Shown: positions 1 to 13,424 of the stretch, piece after piece
How the letters are laid out: every line of letters begins with the position of its first letter
Position numbering within the stretch: position 1 is the stretch's first letter
Origin: Lama guanicoe
Lineage: Eukaryota
Length of the DNA stretch: 64,000 bases
NCBI GenBank assembly: GCA_013239625.1
Contig: MU056991.1
Coordinates: 24,893,539 to 24,957,538, forward strand
Direction: 5' to 3'
Notes under the pieces: model-generated
Databases searched by the model: none
What the model saw: the letters and a program-made list of their open reading frames with translations, nothing else
What the model was told of the DNA's origin: nothing
Position numbers and translations under genes: made by a program

Positions 1-270
1 AACTACACGACATTTTGGAAAAGAGACAAAACTATGCAGACAGTAAAAAGATCAGTGGTTGCCATGTGGGTCAAGGAGAGGGAAGGATGAATTGGTGGAG
101 CACAGAGGATGTTTAGGGCAGTGACACTACTCTGTATGACACTACAGTGGTGGATACCTGTCTTCAGATATTTGTCCAAACCCGTAGAAAGTACACCGCC
201 AAGCGTGAACCATAATGCAAACTATGGGCTTTGGGTGATTGTCTTGTGTCAACATAGACTCATCTGCTGT
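1..270 (+). mobile_element. L1 3' UTR fragment (L1MC1/2-like), cut by window edge and gap
   Basis: Motifs 'gacagtaaaaagatcagtggttgcc', 'gcacagaggatgtttagggcagtgacactactctgtatgac' and 'aaactatgggctttgggtgat' are typical of L1MC 3' ends. Confidence 0.85.
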
Positions 271-410
271 NNNNNNNNNNNNNNNNNNNNNNNNNNNNNN
301 NNNNNNNNNNNNNNNNNNNNNNNNNNNNNNNNNNNNNNNNNNNNNNNNNNNNNNNNNNNNNNNNNNNNNNNNNNNNNNNNNNNNNNNNNNNNNNNNNNNN
401 NNNNNNNNNN
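271..410. other. Assembly gap (N run)
   Basis: 140 N. Confidence 1.
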
Positions 411-1614
411 TAAAAAAATTGTTAGTGTCAAGCTCTCCATGACAACATTTAATAAACTCTTTCACCAATATAGCCTGGTATCATTTCCATTAAACTTAAA
501 ATCTCTGCCTATGACAATCCTTCCAAAATGGAAGAACCAAGTAGAAACAGCAGAGGAAAACCAAAAAACTACCCTGAAGGTGATTTATAAACAAATGCCA
601 TGAAATTGAATGCATAATAGTCCTCCAAGAAATGACTTTGTAAACCAAGGAAATTATGGCGCCATTAATTCTGCTAAGCACAACCAAAATACCTGTCACC
701 AAGTTGTTCTATTACCCAGTGGATTCTGTACTATGACTTCAAAGTAGCTATTGTATCATATTGCTAAATAGTTTTGGGTGTCAAACTTTCAATTAGAATA
801 TACTGATGTTGTTTACAATTTTACATGACAAAAATAGTAAGCATTTTAATAAACATTTATTATAACTATGTATCCTGTATTTTTTATTTATTAAAATGTA
901 TCTCATACTTTCAATGACTATGTAAATAAATGCACAAGTTTCATTATGTTACAGTAAGTAGGTCTAAGCATTTTAAATACCAATAGATATTTTCCTTAAT
1001 CAATTTATGTCTAAATACATAGCCAAAAGCAAAATTTAAAACAAAATGTTGGACCATCTTGAGAAAGAATAAGCGTGATTTTTTTCTGTTTTTGCATGTT
1101 TCCTAAATAATAAAACCATTTGTTAGGAAAGTGGGATCAAGGAATTAAAGTTACAAGTACTTATTATTTCCTCTGATAGTGTGTATGAATGCAGTTAATT
1201 TTAAAAATACGTATTTTCCAGAACCCCAGAGTCAGCAAGTATACTTATTTTTTTAATGAGAGCTCTTTCTTAACAGAAAAAAAAATGAGAGAAATAAAAT
1301 TGTTCTCATAGAGGAACTAATTAACATAAAGTAGGCCTCAGGGACTGCAAGTGTTACATGAAGTAAAGGCAGCTTGGAAGAACTAATTAGGATTTGTTAT
1401 TTAAACAGTACTGGCTGAAATATACTTTGAATAAATACATTTTTAGAAACCTTTCCCTTTTATGTGACTAGCTTACGGATAAGCTCATTTGCTCATGTCA
1501 CTAATTTTTGAGTCCTTTAACTTTAAATGGTATAGGCTAAATACTAAAATATTTGAAGATTTAAAACAAAATGTATCTTTTCATATGATTAGTTAAAATA
1601 TAATATTCAAATTT

Positions 1615-2403
1615 TCTTTTGTTTTTTTAAAATTTTAATTGAGGTGCAGTCAGTTACAATGTGTCAATTTCTGGTGTTCAGCACAGTGTCCCAGTCATGC
1701 ATATACATACATATATTCATTTTCACATTCTTTCATTTAAAGTTATTACAAGATATCAAATACAGTTCCCTGTGCTATACAGAAGAAACTTGTTCATTTT
1801 TAATCTATTTTTATATATTATCTATTTTAAATCTATTTTTATATTTATAGATATATATTTTTAAAATCTATATATAGGCTAACATCTGCAAATCTCAAAC
1901 TCCCAAATTTATCCCTTCCCACCCCCTTTCCCCAGAAACCATAAGATTGTTTACTATGTCTGCAAGTCTGTTTCTATTTATAGATGAGTTCATAATGTAC
2001 TTTTTTTTCTTTTTTTTTTAGATTCTACATATGAGTGATATCATATCATAATTTTCTTTTTTTCCCCAGCTTACTTCNNNNNNNNNNNNNNNNNNNNNNN
2101 NNNNNNNNNNNNNNNNNNNNNNNNNNNNNNNNNNNNNNNNNNNNNNNNNNNNNNNNNNNNNNNNNNNNNNNNNNNNNNNNNNNNNNNNNNNNNNNNNNNN
2201 NNNNNNNNNNNNNNNNNNNNNNNNNNNNNNNNNNNNNNNNNNNNNNNNNTGCTATGAACATTGGGGTGCATGTGTCTTTTCAAATTAGAGTTCCCTCTGG
2301 ATGTATACCCAGAAGTGGGATTGCTGGATCATATGGTAAGTGTATTTTTAGTTTTTTGAGGAATCTCCATACTGTTTTCCATAGTGGTTGCACCAAACTG
2401 CAA
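1615..2403 (-). mobile_element. Young, 5'-truncated lineage-specific L1 (3' UTR plus ORF2 C-terminus), spanning a gap
   Basis: T-rich head, then 'cagttacaatgtgtcaatttctggtg...acagttccctgtgctatacag'; after the gap 'gctatgaacattggggtgcatgtgtc...gggattgctggatcatatggt...ccatactgttttccatagtggttgcacc' is antisense L1 ORF2 end. Confidence 0.9.
2078..2250. other. Assembly gap (N run)
   Basis: 173 N. Confidence 1.
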
Positions 2404-2519
2404 TAAAATAACACATATGAAAATTACCATTCTCCTTGTAAAGAACTGTATTTTTTTTAAGAATTGTCTTCTATTGTCCTCTAGCCATGCGACTTTGATC
2501 AATGTGAACCAATACTTCT

Positions 2520-2865
2520 TATGTCTTGTCTTTTTGATGATAATCATTCTAACAGCTGTAACTTTCTGCCTCTATCAGGTATGAAGTGACATCTCATTGT
2601 GGTTTGGATTTGCATTTTGGCCTGACAATTGTTGATATTATTGATATTGGGCACTTCTTCATGTACTTATTGGCCATTTATATGTCTTCTTTGGAAATCT
2701 GATTATGCAGGTATTCTGTCCATTTTTCAATCAAGTGGTTTTCTTGCTATTGACCTTTATGAGTTTCTTATATATTTTGATATTTCCCCTTATCAGATAG
2801 ATGGTTTGCAAATACGTTTTTCCAGTTTCATAGGTTGTTTTTAATTTTGTTGATTTTTAATTTTG
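2520..2865 (-). mobile_element. Older L1M ORF2 fragment
   Basis: 'atctcattgtggtttggatttgcattt', 'ttattggccatttatatgtcttctttgga' and 'atggtttgcaaata' are antisense L1 ORF2. Confidence 0.85.
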
Positions 2866-3529
2866 CTAAACTTTAATACCTCTCTTATTATCAGTTCACT
2901 CATATTTCTTTTTGTAACTCTCATACCAAAGTATCTGAAGTCATATTTACCTAATGTTCTTGATAGTGAGATTTAAATTGATACTTTATTCTTTGCATTT
3001 TTCTCTATCATGTGAGTGTATTTTATGTTTTAAATAAACATTTAGCATTTGTGAAAAAGTTCTAGCCTCGTAAGTTTTAAATGTTACTCATAATCCACTA
3101 TGAAGAGTAGTTTTCTCTAATAGAAGGTTGAGATGTCTTTGTTCAAAGCCCATAATCAGAAAGGTCAAGCAAAATTAGTAATTGCAGTTGTATTTATAAG
3201 ATGTTAAACAATTACTCACAGGTAGTTTAATTTGAGTACCTTTGTGCTATGCGGAGATTAATCTCCCTCTTGAATGTGTGGTGTAGATTGTTGTTTGTCA
3301 GTTGATTGTATAATTGAACGGTTTAATCACTCCTTGTCTTTATTGAAGGAAGAGCTGGAAATGAGCTTCTAAGAAGTCTAAATTTAGACACTAAGTTTTA
3401 TCTGTAACATTAGAATATCTTTTTTATTAAATCATCACATCCCTATACGTGTGCACACCCATACACACCAAAAAATGGAGTTTAGGTTAATGAATAAGGC
3501 CAAATTAAAACTATCATCTTCAAATTTGC

Positions 3530-3715
3530 AAAGAGACTAGAACTTAACTGTTCTCACCACTAAAAGAAATGATAATACTGTGATGTGTTGGAGGAATTAA
3601 TTAAAGCTATGGTGACAATCATATATTGCAGTGTATAAATGTAATAAATGCTGCACACCTTAAATTTGCACAGTTTTATATGTCAATATCTCAACTGAAA
3701 AAAATTTAAAAAGAA
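3530..3715 (+). mobile_element. L1MA8/9-like 3' terminus
   Basis: 'ttctcaccac...tgtgatgt...ccttaaatttgcacagttttatatgtcaatatctcaa' followed by A-rich tail. Confidence 0.8.
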
Positions 3716-4579
3716 AACACATAAAACATACACAGCACATATACAAACTAGACTAGTATTGTTAACCTTTAGGACAAATTCCAATGTCAAAATTGTGATA
3801 CTGTGTAGGGAAATATTTGTACTAATAAGGTAACTTTGGGTAATTTTGTTCATTTTGAAGTACTATACTTAAAATGTAAATTATTTCAAGTATTTTATTA
3901 GGCATTTATTTTGTTGAAGTGTATAGATAATAATCATTTTACTTCTTTCTTTGTAAAAATAGTATTTCACTAAAGTTTATCTCTGGTGCTAGTAACACTA
4001 CACAAACTTAAACTTTGGAGAACAGAAACTTCCCCAACAAGGACATGGAAATGAAATGATGTAACTAAAACACACAAACATCTTAGATGTTTTGATTTCT
4101 GTTCATATATTATTAATCTTTGCTTCCTTTAAGTATACGCCAAAGATCTTCTGAGTCATGAAGTTGAGTAGCTAGCTAATATATATTCAATATTTGGTCT
4201 ACTTTCTTCTCTTTTTTTTTTCTCATGTGGAATTTCACAGGTTTTGTAATATTCTGATACCATTTTGTGTTAATTTTCACTGTGATTTCCTCTCTAGCCC
4301 AGTATTTATTTCAGGGCGTAGTATTTAGTTTTCAACAGTATGTTTACTTGGTATGTTTATTTCTTTTTTCTTCGAGGTCCTATCATTTTATGATGTTCAT
4401 TTATCTTGTTCAGGACTCAGTATAACTTTTCAAAATTAAAAATCATTCTTTGTCTCTAGGAAAGTATCTCTATCACAGTGGAATGTGTACTTTGCCCCAT
4501 TTTCTGTACATTTTTATTTTGTAAAAGTCATTTTAGTAACATGGACAATCAACTCATTTTGCCTTCCCAAACTCTGATC

Positions 4580-5035
4580 CACTATTTGTCTTTCTCAGTC
4601 TGACTTATTTCACATAGTATAATACTCACTATGTCCAGCCATGTTGTCACAAATGGCAAGATTTTTATCCTTTTTGTGGCTGAGTAATATTCCATTATAT
4701 ATATTCTACATCTTTCTCCATTTATCTGTTGACTGGCACTTAGATTGATTCCACATTTCCGCATCTTGGCTATTGTAAATAATGCTGCAGTGAACATAGG
4801 GCTGAGTATATCTTTTCTAATTAGTGTTTTTATTTTCTTCAGATAAAAACACAGTGGTGAAATTGCTGGAGCATATGGTAGCTCTATTTTTAAGTTTTTG
4901 AGGGATCTCCATGCCATTTTCCACAGTGGCTGCACTAATTTACATTGCCAGCATCAGGGCATGAAGGTTCCCTTTCTTCCCATTCTCACCAATAGTTGTT
5001 ATCCTTCTGATAAAAGCCATTCTGACAAGATGCGA
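4580..5035 (-). mobile_element. L1MA-type ORF2 C-terminal fragment
   Basis: ORF 4582..4935(-) reads '[24 protein letters not shown]...PMFTAALFTIAK...MEYYSATKR...ILCEISQTEKDK', the L1 ORF2 C-terminus. Confidence 0.92.
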
Positions 5036-5490
5036 GTATATATAATTGTTGAATAGTATTCTGGCATTAGATGTGCCAAATTCTAGCCAGATATCCTGGA
5101 TGTTGAAACTTACTCTGTTGTTGTAACATTATGATTTACCCATTATAAATAATGCTAAAATAAATATGTCTGTACACGTATTTCCATAAATTTGTAGGAA
5201 AAATTCTATAGAATAAATCTTTATATATAAAGTAGCTGGGGTTTAAGGAATGTGCATAATTATTTTTTGCAGACACTGCTTAATTGGGATCCAGAAAGCT
5301 TGTGGTAAAATGTCTTCTCGTTCATTGAGACTCAGAGTGTACTACTGCTCCGCAGTATGAAGAATCTTCTAAATCTGTGTTCTCTGATGCTGGGGGAGGT
5401 CATTTATGTGTGTCCATTGAATCAAGTGTATTACTTACCTTATTCAAGTCTTCCCTACCTTTTCTGATTTTTTTCCTTTTTACAAATAAT

Positions 5491-6171
5491 TGGGAAAATA
5501 GAATTAAAAAAACAAAATCTCCTCTCTACCCAGAAAAATCCCTCCACAAAGGTAAACGAGAAAGACAGTTTTATTATTGAACGTGTAGTACTAAAGTAGA
5601 CACGATGTGCATTACCGGAAGTCACCTAGAATATGCAAAGATGCAAAAAGCCAAAACCTGACCCTTTTATATGTCAAGCAGGTGCAACTCATTATATACA
5701 TGTCCTCAAGGTAAACAATTAGTCCCCAAGAAAGAGGACCTGATGCTTGTCACCCATAGTTCACCCTAGATTTACCCGGTAACTGGGAAGATCTCCTGTG
5801 TTAGCTAATTGACTTTATCCAAAGGAAAAACAAACTTCTCATTTTCGTAACAGGAGATAGTTTGGGAGTGGGGGGTCTAAGTCAGGTCATAGCCTCCCAC
5901 GGAAACTGTGAGGTAGGGGCACTTTCCGCTTTCATGATTACATTTCAAAAAGATAGTTCCTAAGTCCTTGAGAAAGACATTCTTGCATCTTAAAGCTGTA
6001 AAGAGGCTCATTTCACTTTTTAAAAGATTTACATACATTTCGAAGGGAGAAAAAAATAACTCACTTGTCCCCTAAAGTAAATGTTCTCAGAAAAGTGGGG
6101 AGGGTGGACTCTTCTCTTATTTTCGAAGGAAGAATTAAGCCTCTTCCTTTTAATTTGTATCTGCCCTTATA
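5491..6171 (-). mobile_element. ERV1-class solo LTR (MER89-like) inserted in an old L1
   Basis: Minus strand begins 'tataagggcagatacaaattaaaa..gaggcttaattcttcc'; internal 'gtccttgagaaagacattc' and 'aaagatttacatacat'; AATAAA on minus strand at ~5570; L1-like sequence on both sides. Confidence 0.7.
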
Positions 6172-6609
6172 ATGGCAACGACTGAGAGGAGTTTATAGAA
6201 ACCTCTTACTGTATCTCCCATTTATTTTTTGGTCCAAGATCTGTTTTCATTCTTTTACGTGTGTTCTTTTGTGTGTGTGTGTTCGCACCTTCTTGGTATT
6301 GTTGAGTCTTTCTGGTGAGTTAATTTATAAATGTGTATTAACAAACTTTGTTGCTAATAACACATTGGTTTTGAAAGTCAATTTTATACTATGTAAATAT
6401 ATTTTTCCAGCTTCTTTTTATTATAATTTGCAATTTTTATATTTTTCTAACATTATAATTTCAAATATTTCAAGTTTATTTGTACTGAATAAAATATATA
6501 GCTGATATTTTCATGCAGAAATTTTAGTTCCATTACTTTGGGATTACTTATATACTTGGACTTTGATTTCTTTCTACCATTTTATCTTCTGCCTTCTGTG
6601 TATTCTATA

Positions 6610-7270
6610 TTTTAAATTTTTATTTTAAAGATTTGAAAACATACATAAAAGTCATACAACATAAACATGTTTCATCAATTACTCAATCAAAACCTGTGTA
6701 ACACTATTTAAGTCAAGAAACAGAATACTTCCAGCACTCTCAGAACCCCCACCCCCTTCCCTGTGTTTCCTTTTCCACCACAAACCTCCCATCAAGGCTA
6801 CAAAACACCTGTCCTTTGAATTTTATGATAGCCATGTCCTTGCCTGCTTTGTTTTATAATTTTACTGCATAAACATTCATCCCTAAAAATTGAGTTTTTC
6901 TCTTTTGCACTTTATACAAGTAGAACCAAACCCTGTGTATTCTTCTGCATTTCACGTTTATTTTTTTCTCAACATATTTTAAAATTCACCCTTGATACGT
7001 GAGCAGCTGTAGTAAGTTCATTTTTATCTTTGTGTCATGTTCCATTGTGGAGAGAGAGCCAGCTCATCGATCCCTTGTCCTGCTGATCAATATCTGAGCT
7101 GCTCTCAGTCTGAAGCTACTATGAAGGGCTGTTAGAACACCGTTTTCCTGTATCCTGGTGCTCACAATCCTGATTTCTGTAGCATCTGTACACGGGAGTG
7201 GAAATGAAGGATCCCTAGTCACGCAGGACTTCGAATTTCCCAGATGTGGCCACATCGTTTCCCAAAGCAG
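6610..7270 (-). mobile_element. L1ME/L1MC-type 3' fragment
   Basis: 'acacctgt..gtcaagaaacagaata', 'ttttgcactttatacaagtagaacc..tgtattcttctgc', 'ttccattgt'. Confidence 0.7.
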
Positions 7271-7451
7271 CTTTGCAGGAGTGCTGAGTCCTCAGCAGCG
7301 GGCAGGACTGTCAGGTACCGGCAGCCCTTCGTGTTGTCAGACCTCAACCACTGGACTCGCTGTCGTTTGCACAGGCTATGCCTATGCTTGCGGCAAGTCC
7401 CTTCGGAATATCTGAGTCACCACAATTTGCTACCGCCACACACACACATTA

Positions 7452-7636
7452 GAAACGGGGCGGGGGGGGGGGGCAAACATGGACCCTACGGAGCATCGGC
7501 GACGGCGCGGAGCGGCCGGAGCTCGCGGAGCCTGCAGGGGGCGCCCGCCCGTCAGGCCCCCGTCACCGCGGCGCGGCGATCCGCGAGCGGCGCCCAGAGC
7601 CACTCCCCGTGTCGCGCCTTTGCAGCCCTTCCCGTT
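7452..7636. promoter_or_regulatory. Small, very dense CpG island-like peak
   Basis: About 29 CpG in ~185 bp by hand count, GGGGCGGGG box and G-run at the left end, within an AT-rich background. Confidence 0.6.
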
Positions 7637-8879
7637 GAGAAATAGGGACTATTTGCCAATATTTAATCTGGGTTGGATTCATTGTTTATCTTGGTCAGGA
7701 ACAAAATGTGGGCTTTTTCAGAGTTCAGGCTTCTGCCTTTGTTTACAGCAATCTAGCTGTGAACATAAGACGATGGCTCATGAATCCCGCGATTCTAAAG
7801 TAAAATTAACCAAATAAATGTTCATCCCATCAGTGCATTTTGTTTTCTCTCCATACTACAAAATTCTACCGAACATTGGTGCAAAGGAAATAATTGTAAA
7901 GCTACAAGTGACACTAACATTGACAACAGCTAATTTTCCTCCTCCATTCTGTAGACCTTCACACTGCTCTTCCAAAGCCTGAGAGTCATCTTATTTTCCA
8001 GAGCAATGCTAATTTAAAGTCAGACTTTGAGTTAGACATTTTACATTTTATAATGAGTAACTTACTTAGAACATGCTATATTTAAAAACTAATATTCTAC
8101 CTTAATATAAACATGATATTAATATACAAATGTAATACAGCTATAAGTGCATTGGACAATGCTGGTTTTGTAATTCTGAACGTGCAAGTGTTTATGAAAA
8201 GAAATGAGTTGTGATGCAGACAATAGTTGCCTTTATAAGAGAAAGCTGTAGACATTTTTCAGAACTTACTCAGCATTATGATGTGTATACATCAACAGCT
8301 TTTAAAAACTAAAAGTAATGCTGTGCTAATTAAAGTGATCTTCAATATAAAAACATGAATGCATCATTTGTGCAGAAAGTGGAGCACAATGCTTTAAAAA
8401 ACTGAAAAAAGTTTTGGAGCTGTTGATAAAATATTTTGGGTAGAAAATTAGGTAGAAAACGCCTCAAACACATTTCCAAAAAAGGGGTGGTGTGGGTTAC
8501 TTATGTTAATTAGTAAGCAGTCATAGACTAAGAACAAAAGTCTGTTTAGGAATTATGTTCCTTTGCTTTTGAAAGAAATGCATCAACCATTGTTAACGTT
8601 TTCAAAGTAGTTTGGTTTGGGATTGTCTCAAAATCAAAGTAAAAACCATATAATAGTTTGCATGCCTTAACTGAGTCAGTTCTTTTAGCTGGTAAGTGCA
8701 AGCATTTCAAAAGACAATAATTTAACTTTTTTGAGAAGGAGATATGTGTAGACTCTGAATTTAGATATGAATCTAAATTCTCACTAAGCAAATACACCTG
8801 TAACAATTTTAGTAGCCCTTAATTTAAATTCCTGTTTTACTACGAGCTTTTCTTAAATGTCAGAACTTGATTGAATGAC

Positions 8880-9056
8880 CCTTTACATGTCCCCATACCA
8901 CCTTTTCCTTGCCTCATCCCAGCCCTTATCGCACACTGCACCCTCTTTTTACTTTTTCTTACCACATGATAAGCTCAGTATATCTTGAATACCTCTGTAT
9001 CTCCAGGCACATAGTCGGCAATCAATAAATATTTGTCAACTGAACACGTGAATGAG
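8880..9056 (+). mobile_element. L2 3' end fragment
   Basis: 'ctgtatctccaggcacatagtcggcaatcaataaatatttgtcaactgaa'. Confidence 0.7.
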
Positions 9057-9789
9057 CTTTTGGCTGGAAATGTTAGAATATCCTATGGAATTATTCATTA
9101 ACTTTTGAGTCACTCATGGGTTTAGGAAATCACTACATAAATAACCTGCTGTTTCCTTTGACATGTCTGCATCCCTTTATTTCTCAGCCTGACAAGTTTT
9201 ATTCATCATTTAGGACTCCTCCAATAAACCTTCCCTGGTGCTCCCAAACAGATTTTGTTCCTCTTCTATTTCCCCAAAACATTTTGTTCCAAACTGAATC
9301 CAAGAACATCTTATTCTGTACCCACCACCAAGCTAGAAACTCAGGTCAGAAGCCTCATGATCTTTTCACTGTAGGAATTTGAACAGTGCCCTATAAGTAC
9401 TCGTGATATTGGACTTTTGTGCATTTTATGGGTTCTGCGTGTTGTATTTAAGATGAAGCACCTCCAGAACCTTGTTTTTCATCTTTGGGGTCCTACATAT
9501 TATACTTCCTGATGTATCTGCTTCTACTATAGTATTGGACAAGAACAGACTCCTGGGTGACTTGTTTTCCTCAATGCAGATATTATTATTCACTATCAAT
9601 ACAATATTAATCTTAGTAACAACATACCTATATAAAATTAACTAAGACTTATTTTAACTGTTAAGTATGTGAGTCAGGATGCTACAAAAATAGGCTTTGC
9701 AGGAATGATACTGTGGAGATATACTGAATTTAGTCTGGAATTTCTAAACGGAAGCAAACAAGCCTCAGAGTAGCCTTATGGAGTGATAA

Positions 9790-9985
9790 NNNNNNNNNNN
9801 NNNNNNNNNNNNNNNNNNNNNNNNNNNNNNNNNNNNNNNNNNNNNNNNNNNNNNNNNNNNNNNNNNNNNNNNNNNNNNNNNNNNNNNNNNNNNNNNNNNN
9901 NNNNNNNNNNNNNNNNNNNNNNNNNNNNNNNNNNNNNNNNNNNNNNNNNNNNNNNNNNNNNNNNNNNNNNNNNNNNNNNNNNNNN
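9790..9985. other. Assembly gap (N run)
   Basis: 196 N. Confidence 1.
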
Positions 9986-12365
9986 GTGTTTCATGAATAA
10001 ACTCAAAGCGCAAATTGTTGGAACCTTTTCTAAATGGTGTATGAAATGCACCATCTTTATTCTCAAACTATATAAACAACACATTTTTTATGCTTTGATA
10101 AAACTTCCCATAAATAAGAAAAAGAAACTTGTTCTCTGAAATACTAGCAAGGGTCTTACTAGAATAACTCAAAGAAAGAAATTAATGTGTATCTTGTTTT
10201 CTAATTAATTTTAAATATATAAACATGAATATATATAAGCATTATGTATATAAGTATGAAATACATTTCCCTAAGCTATTATTTCACCACATGCAAAGTG
10301 AGAACTGTATTTTGACTGTGTACTTTGATCTGAATCATCCCTGATACTTACGACCATGATTTTAGGCTTGGAATTCAGATCCTGTCTTAAGGAGTATCAG
10401 AGAGACCTCTCTTGGCTGTGTGGCCTGAGTCTCAGACTCACTCCCAGCCAAAACAAGGCAGGCTCTCTGGTCTACCGAGGGGACTTCCTGGAAGGAGGGC
10501 TCTGCTGCTGTTTGGAAACCAGTTAAATCTTAATGAGAAAGGCAAGGCAAAGGATGACGAGGATAGATCTGTCAGTGGAATTGGAGGTCCTGCCTCTAGG
10601 AGATAATTCAGTATTCATATTCTGGTGGCCAGTAGCTTTGCTGGATGTTCAGGTGTATTGGCTCTGTGTGACTGAACGATAAAGAATGCCTCTGAGTTGA
10701 TCACACTGTTATGGTTAAGAAAAAAAAATTCCTGCTCAGAACAGTCAGTTATGGTTAAAAAAACAAAAATCAGCACTGGATGGGAGATTCAGTTCTGGAC
10801 ATATTTGGGGGAATTTAGCAGAGCAGTAAAGTGGGCCAGGGAAGTGTCCACCAAAAGGAAAGAGGAAGGAGAAGGAGAAGGAAAAAGAGAGAAGCCACCG
10901 CCAAGTGCCAGCCCACTGGGGCCCGGAGTCCTGAGCACAGGCCCCTCTGTGCAGCCGGCTTCCTGACTTTGTAGGGTGAGCAGCCTTCGGATGTTCACCC
11001 ACAGAGCAAAGGGCTGTGAAGTAGCATTCCCCTTGTACTGATTAGGTGACCAATGTGATGAGGAATTGCACCCAATGACAATGGGAACTAAAGCCTATGA
11101 AAGTGGCTCTGGGTAGAATTCTCCAGGGGCAGAGGCTGGATCAGAGCCGGTAAGCGCATTACACCTGGCCTCTTGCTAGCAGCCTCAGGGGCCGATAAAG
11201 TGGGCTTGATACGTACTCTACTCTCGGGTCATTTATTCAGCAACTGAAGTAACCTGTAGCTGAAGGTCTGGGAAAGTGAATTCTCTAGCGATTCCCCCCA
11301 CCCCACTTTGAGATACCTCTTCTGAGTAAAACACGCACTCGGCTGGCACCGGGGGGGGGGCGGGGGGCAGAAGCTGGGAAGAAAAGACAGCATTGTGTAC
11401 GGAAGCCACGCTTCTTCTCGCCCTCAGATCTGTGGCCTCGTTAAAATTGAAATAGGCAAGTGAAAAACGTGTTACTCAAAAGAAGTATTAAATAAGGTTT
11501 AAAGGCTAAACAGATACATCCAAAATTGAACATGAGGGAGACTAACACGGGGGCTGAGCCAGGACGTCTTCTATGATTGGAAAGTGGAAATTAGGGGTTG
11601 GAAGAGGGTGAAATCACACAACAATACACATTTCTCACCGCCCCCCGCCAAATGGTTTATTTCGTTTTGCCTGATGGAGGCATCTCAGGTCAGAGTTTAA
11701 AGTTACTTTTATCCAAGGACGATTGTGTATAAGGCTTAGTGCTAAGCAAATGAAACATATTAATACATCTAGTGTCTTTGAAGGAAAAGACGTTTGTTTC
11801 TACTTTAGGGGTAATACTGAGAGTTCTATGGGTTTGTAGTTTAGGACACTCATTACTGCACTATAAAATTGTGGTATGCACCTATAGTATTTTCTTTATA
11901 GAAGTAGTAAAAATACTCTTTCCACAGAGAAAAATAATTTCAGTATAAATCAGTTTAATAAGTTCTATAGTCTGGTTAGGGCAGCAATTATTAAAATTGT
12001 AGCTCAAAAGATTTTTTTTTCCAGAAGAAACGCATACATTTCCTGAAGAATTCTACATTATGACCTATGGAGTGTGTGTTTTGTGGGCGGATGTGCAAAC
12101 ATGTAAAAGAAGAAAAATGCAAGGGAATAAGTTACTATTATTGTAAAATTAACTCTAAAACCGTCACATTTTCAAATGTGTCCTCAGTGATGACTAATAT
12201 TTTTGTTTAAGGAATCTGATTACAGCAGCCATTATAATTCCTTTTGTCCCTATAAACTTGATTACATAAATTCTCATCACTATGTTGTTTCATACAAGAA
12301 GTGGAAAAATCTATTCCTTTTAAAGTACTTGATACAATATACTTCTTTAACAGTGCAATGCTGAA

Positions 12366-12445
12366 TTAATTCTAATATATATATATTATATATATTCTAA
12401 TTCTAATATATATTTTATATATACATATATAACATATATATATTC
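12366..12445. repeat. (TA)-rich low-complexity repeat
   Basis: 'aattctaatatatatatattatatatattctaattctaatatatattttatat...'. Confidence 0.8.
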
Positions 12446-13424
12446 AATGCCCTTTAGTCTATGGTATGCTGTTAAGTAGTATATAAATTTAAATAAATAT
12501 TGCCCTGAAATTTTAGAGATTTATAATACAAAGAGAAAAAAACCTGACTATACATGAGTGTCATCAATGAAAAATATCTACATTAGACAATAGAGAATTT
12601 GTTTTTCAATCATAATCTAGAAGGACATGATAGACCTTTACTCCCACAGTAACAAGAAAACATACATTTTTTTTTAAAAGGATCAAAATGATAATTTCTT
12701 TGGCGTTAGGAAAGCAAATGCATATGGTCACGTCTGTTCTTGTGACGTCTGGATTCTGGAGCCCTGAAGGAACTGAATCTTCAGGTTGAAGTCCCAGCGG
12801 CAGCTCCACCTCTTCTCGGCTGAACCAGCAACAAGATCAAAGACCTCAGCACCTTGACGACCAAACAAAGGTGACCACGTTTTAATCAAGGCTGCTGCCC
12901 TGCGTCAACTTTTCTAGATTCTTGAAGGAATCTGAGTGATCAGCCCAAGGCTGTTATAGTAATACAGAGGAAAATGCTGGCACTTTCTGGACACACACAC
13001 ACACAAAAGCAAAATATGTTCTTGTCCACTCTATGCTTTCATAGGCAATGTGTTGACTACAGTAAATTAGGCAGCTGCAGAAGCAGCAGGACCATGAGAC
13101 ACGTGGTTGAAAGACAAGACCAGAAGGTAGCAGCAGACCCACATATCACTGGGATGATGGGCAGGTGACGAGCACGTAAAATAACTTTTATAAACACGTT
13201 AAAGAATTTGCAAGACGAGATGGTAGAATGGGAGAAAAACTGGTGAATTTATTAAAAGCAACAATACTTCGAAGAAAACACTGAAGAGCAGAAATTCTAG
13301 CCCTGAAAATTATGGTATCTGAAAAAATGCACTAAACAAAATGCTCTTACAATTTAATTTTTTCAAGTTGATATGAACTGACCGTTGAAATTTGACTGAA
13401 AATTTTAAATGCTTTTGCTGTGTA

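Noticed and set aside
109-702. ORFs at the window start (109..603 and 496..702)
   Set aside because: They span an N gap and L1 sequence, or have no recognisable homology or clear splice sites.
7244-7817. Arg/Ala/Gly-rich ORFs of 133 and 112 aa over the CpG peak
   Set aside because: Stop-codon depletion from high GC explains them; no recognisable domain.
12700-12880. Exon-like, moderately GC-rich stretch
   Set aside because: All three + frames contain stops and the minus-strand ORF is not recognisable.
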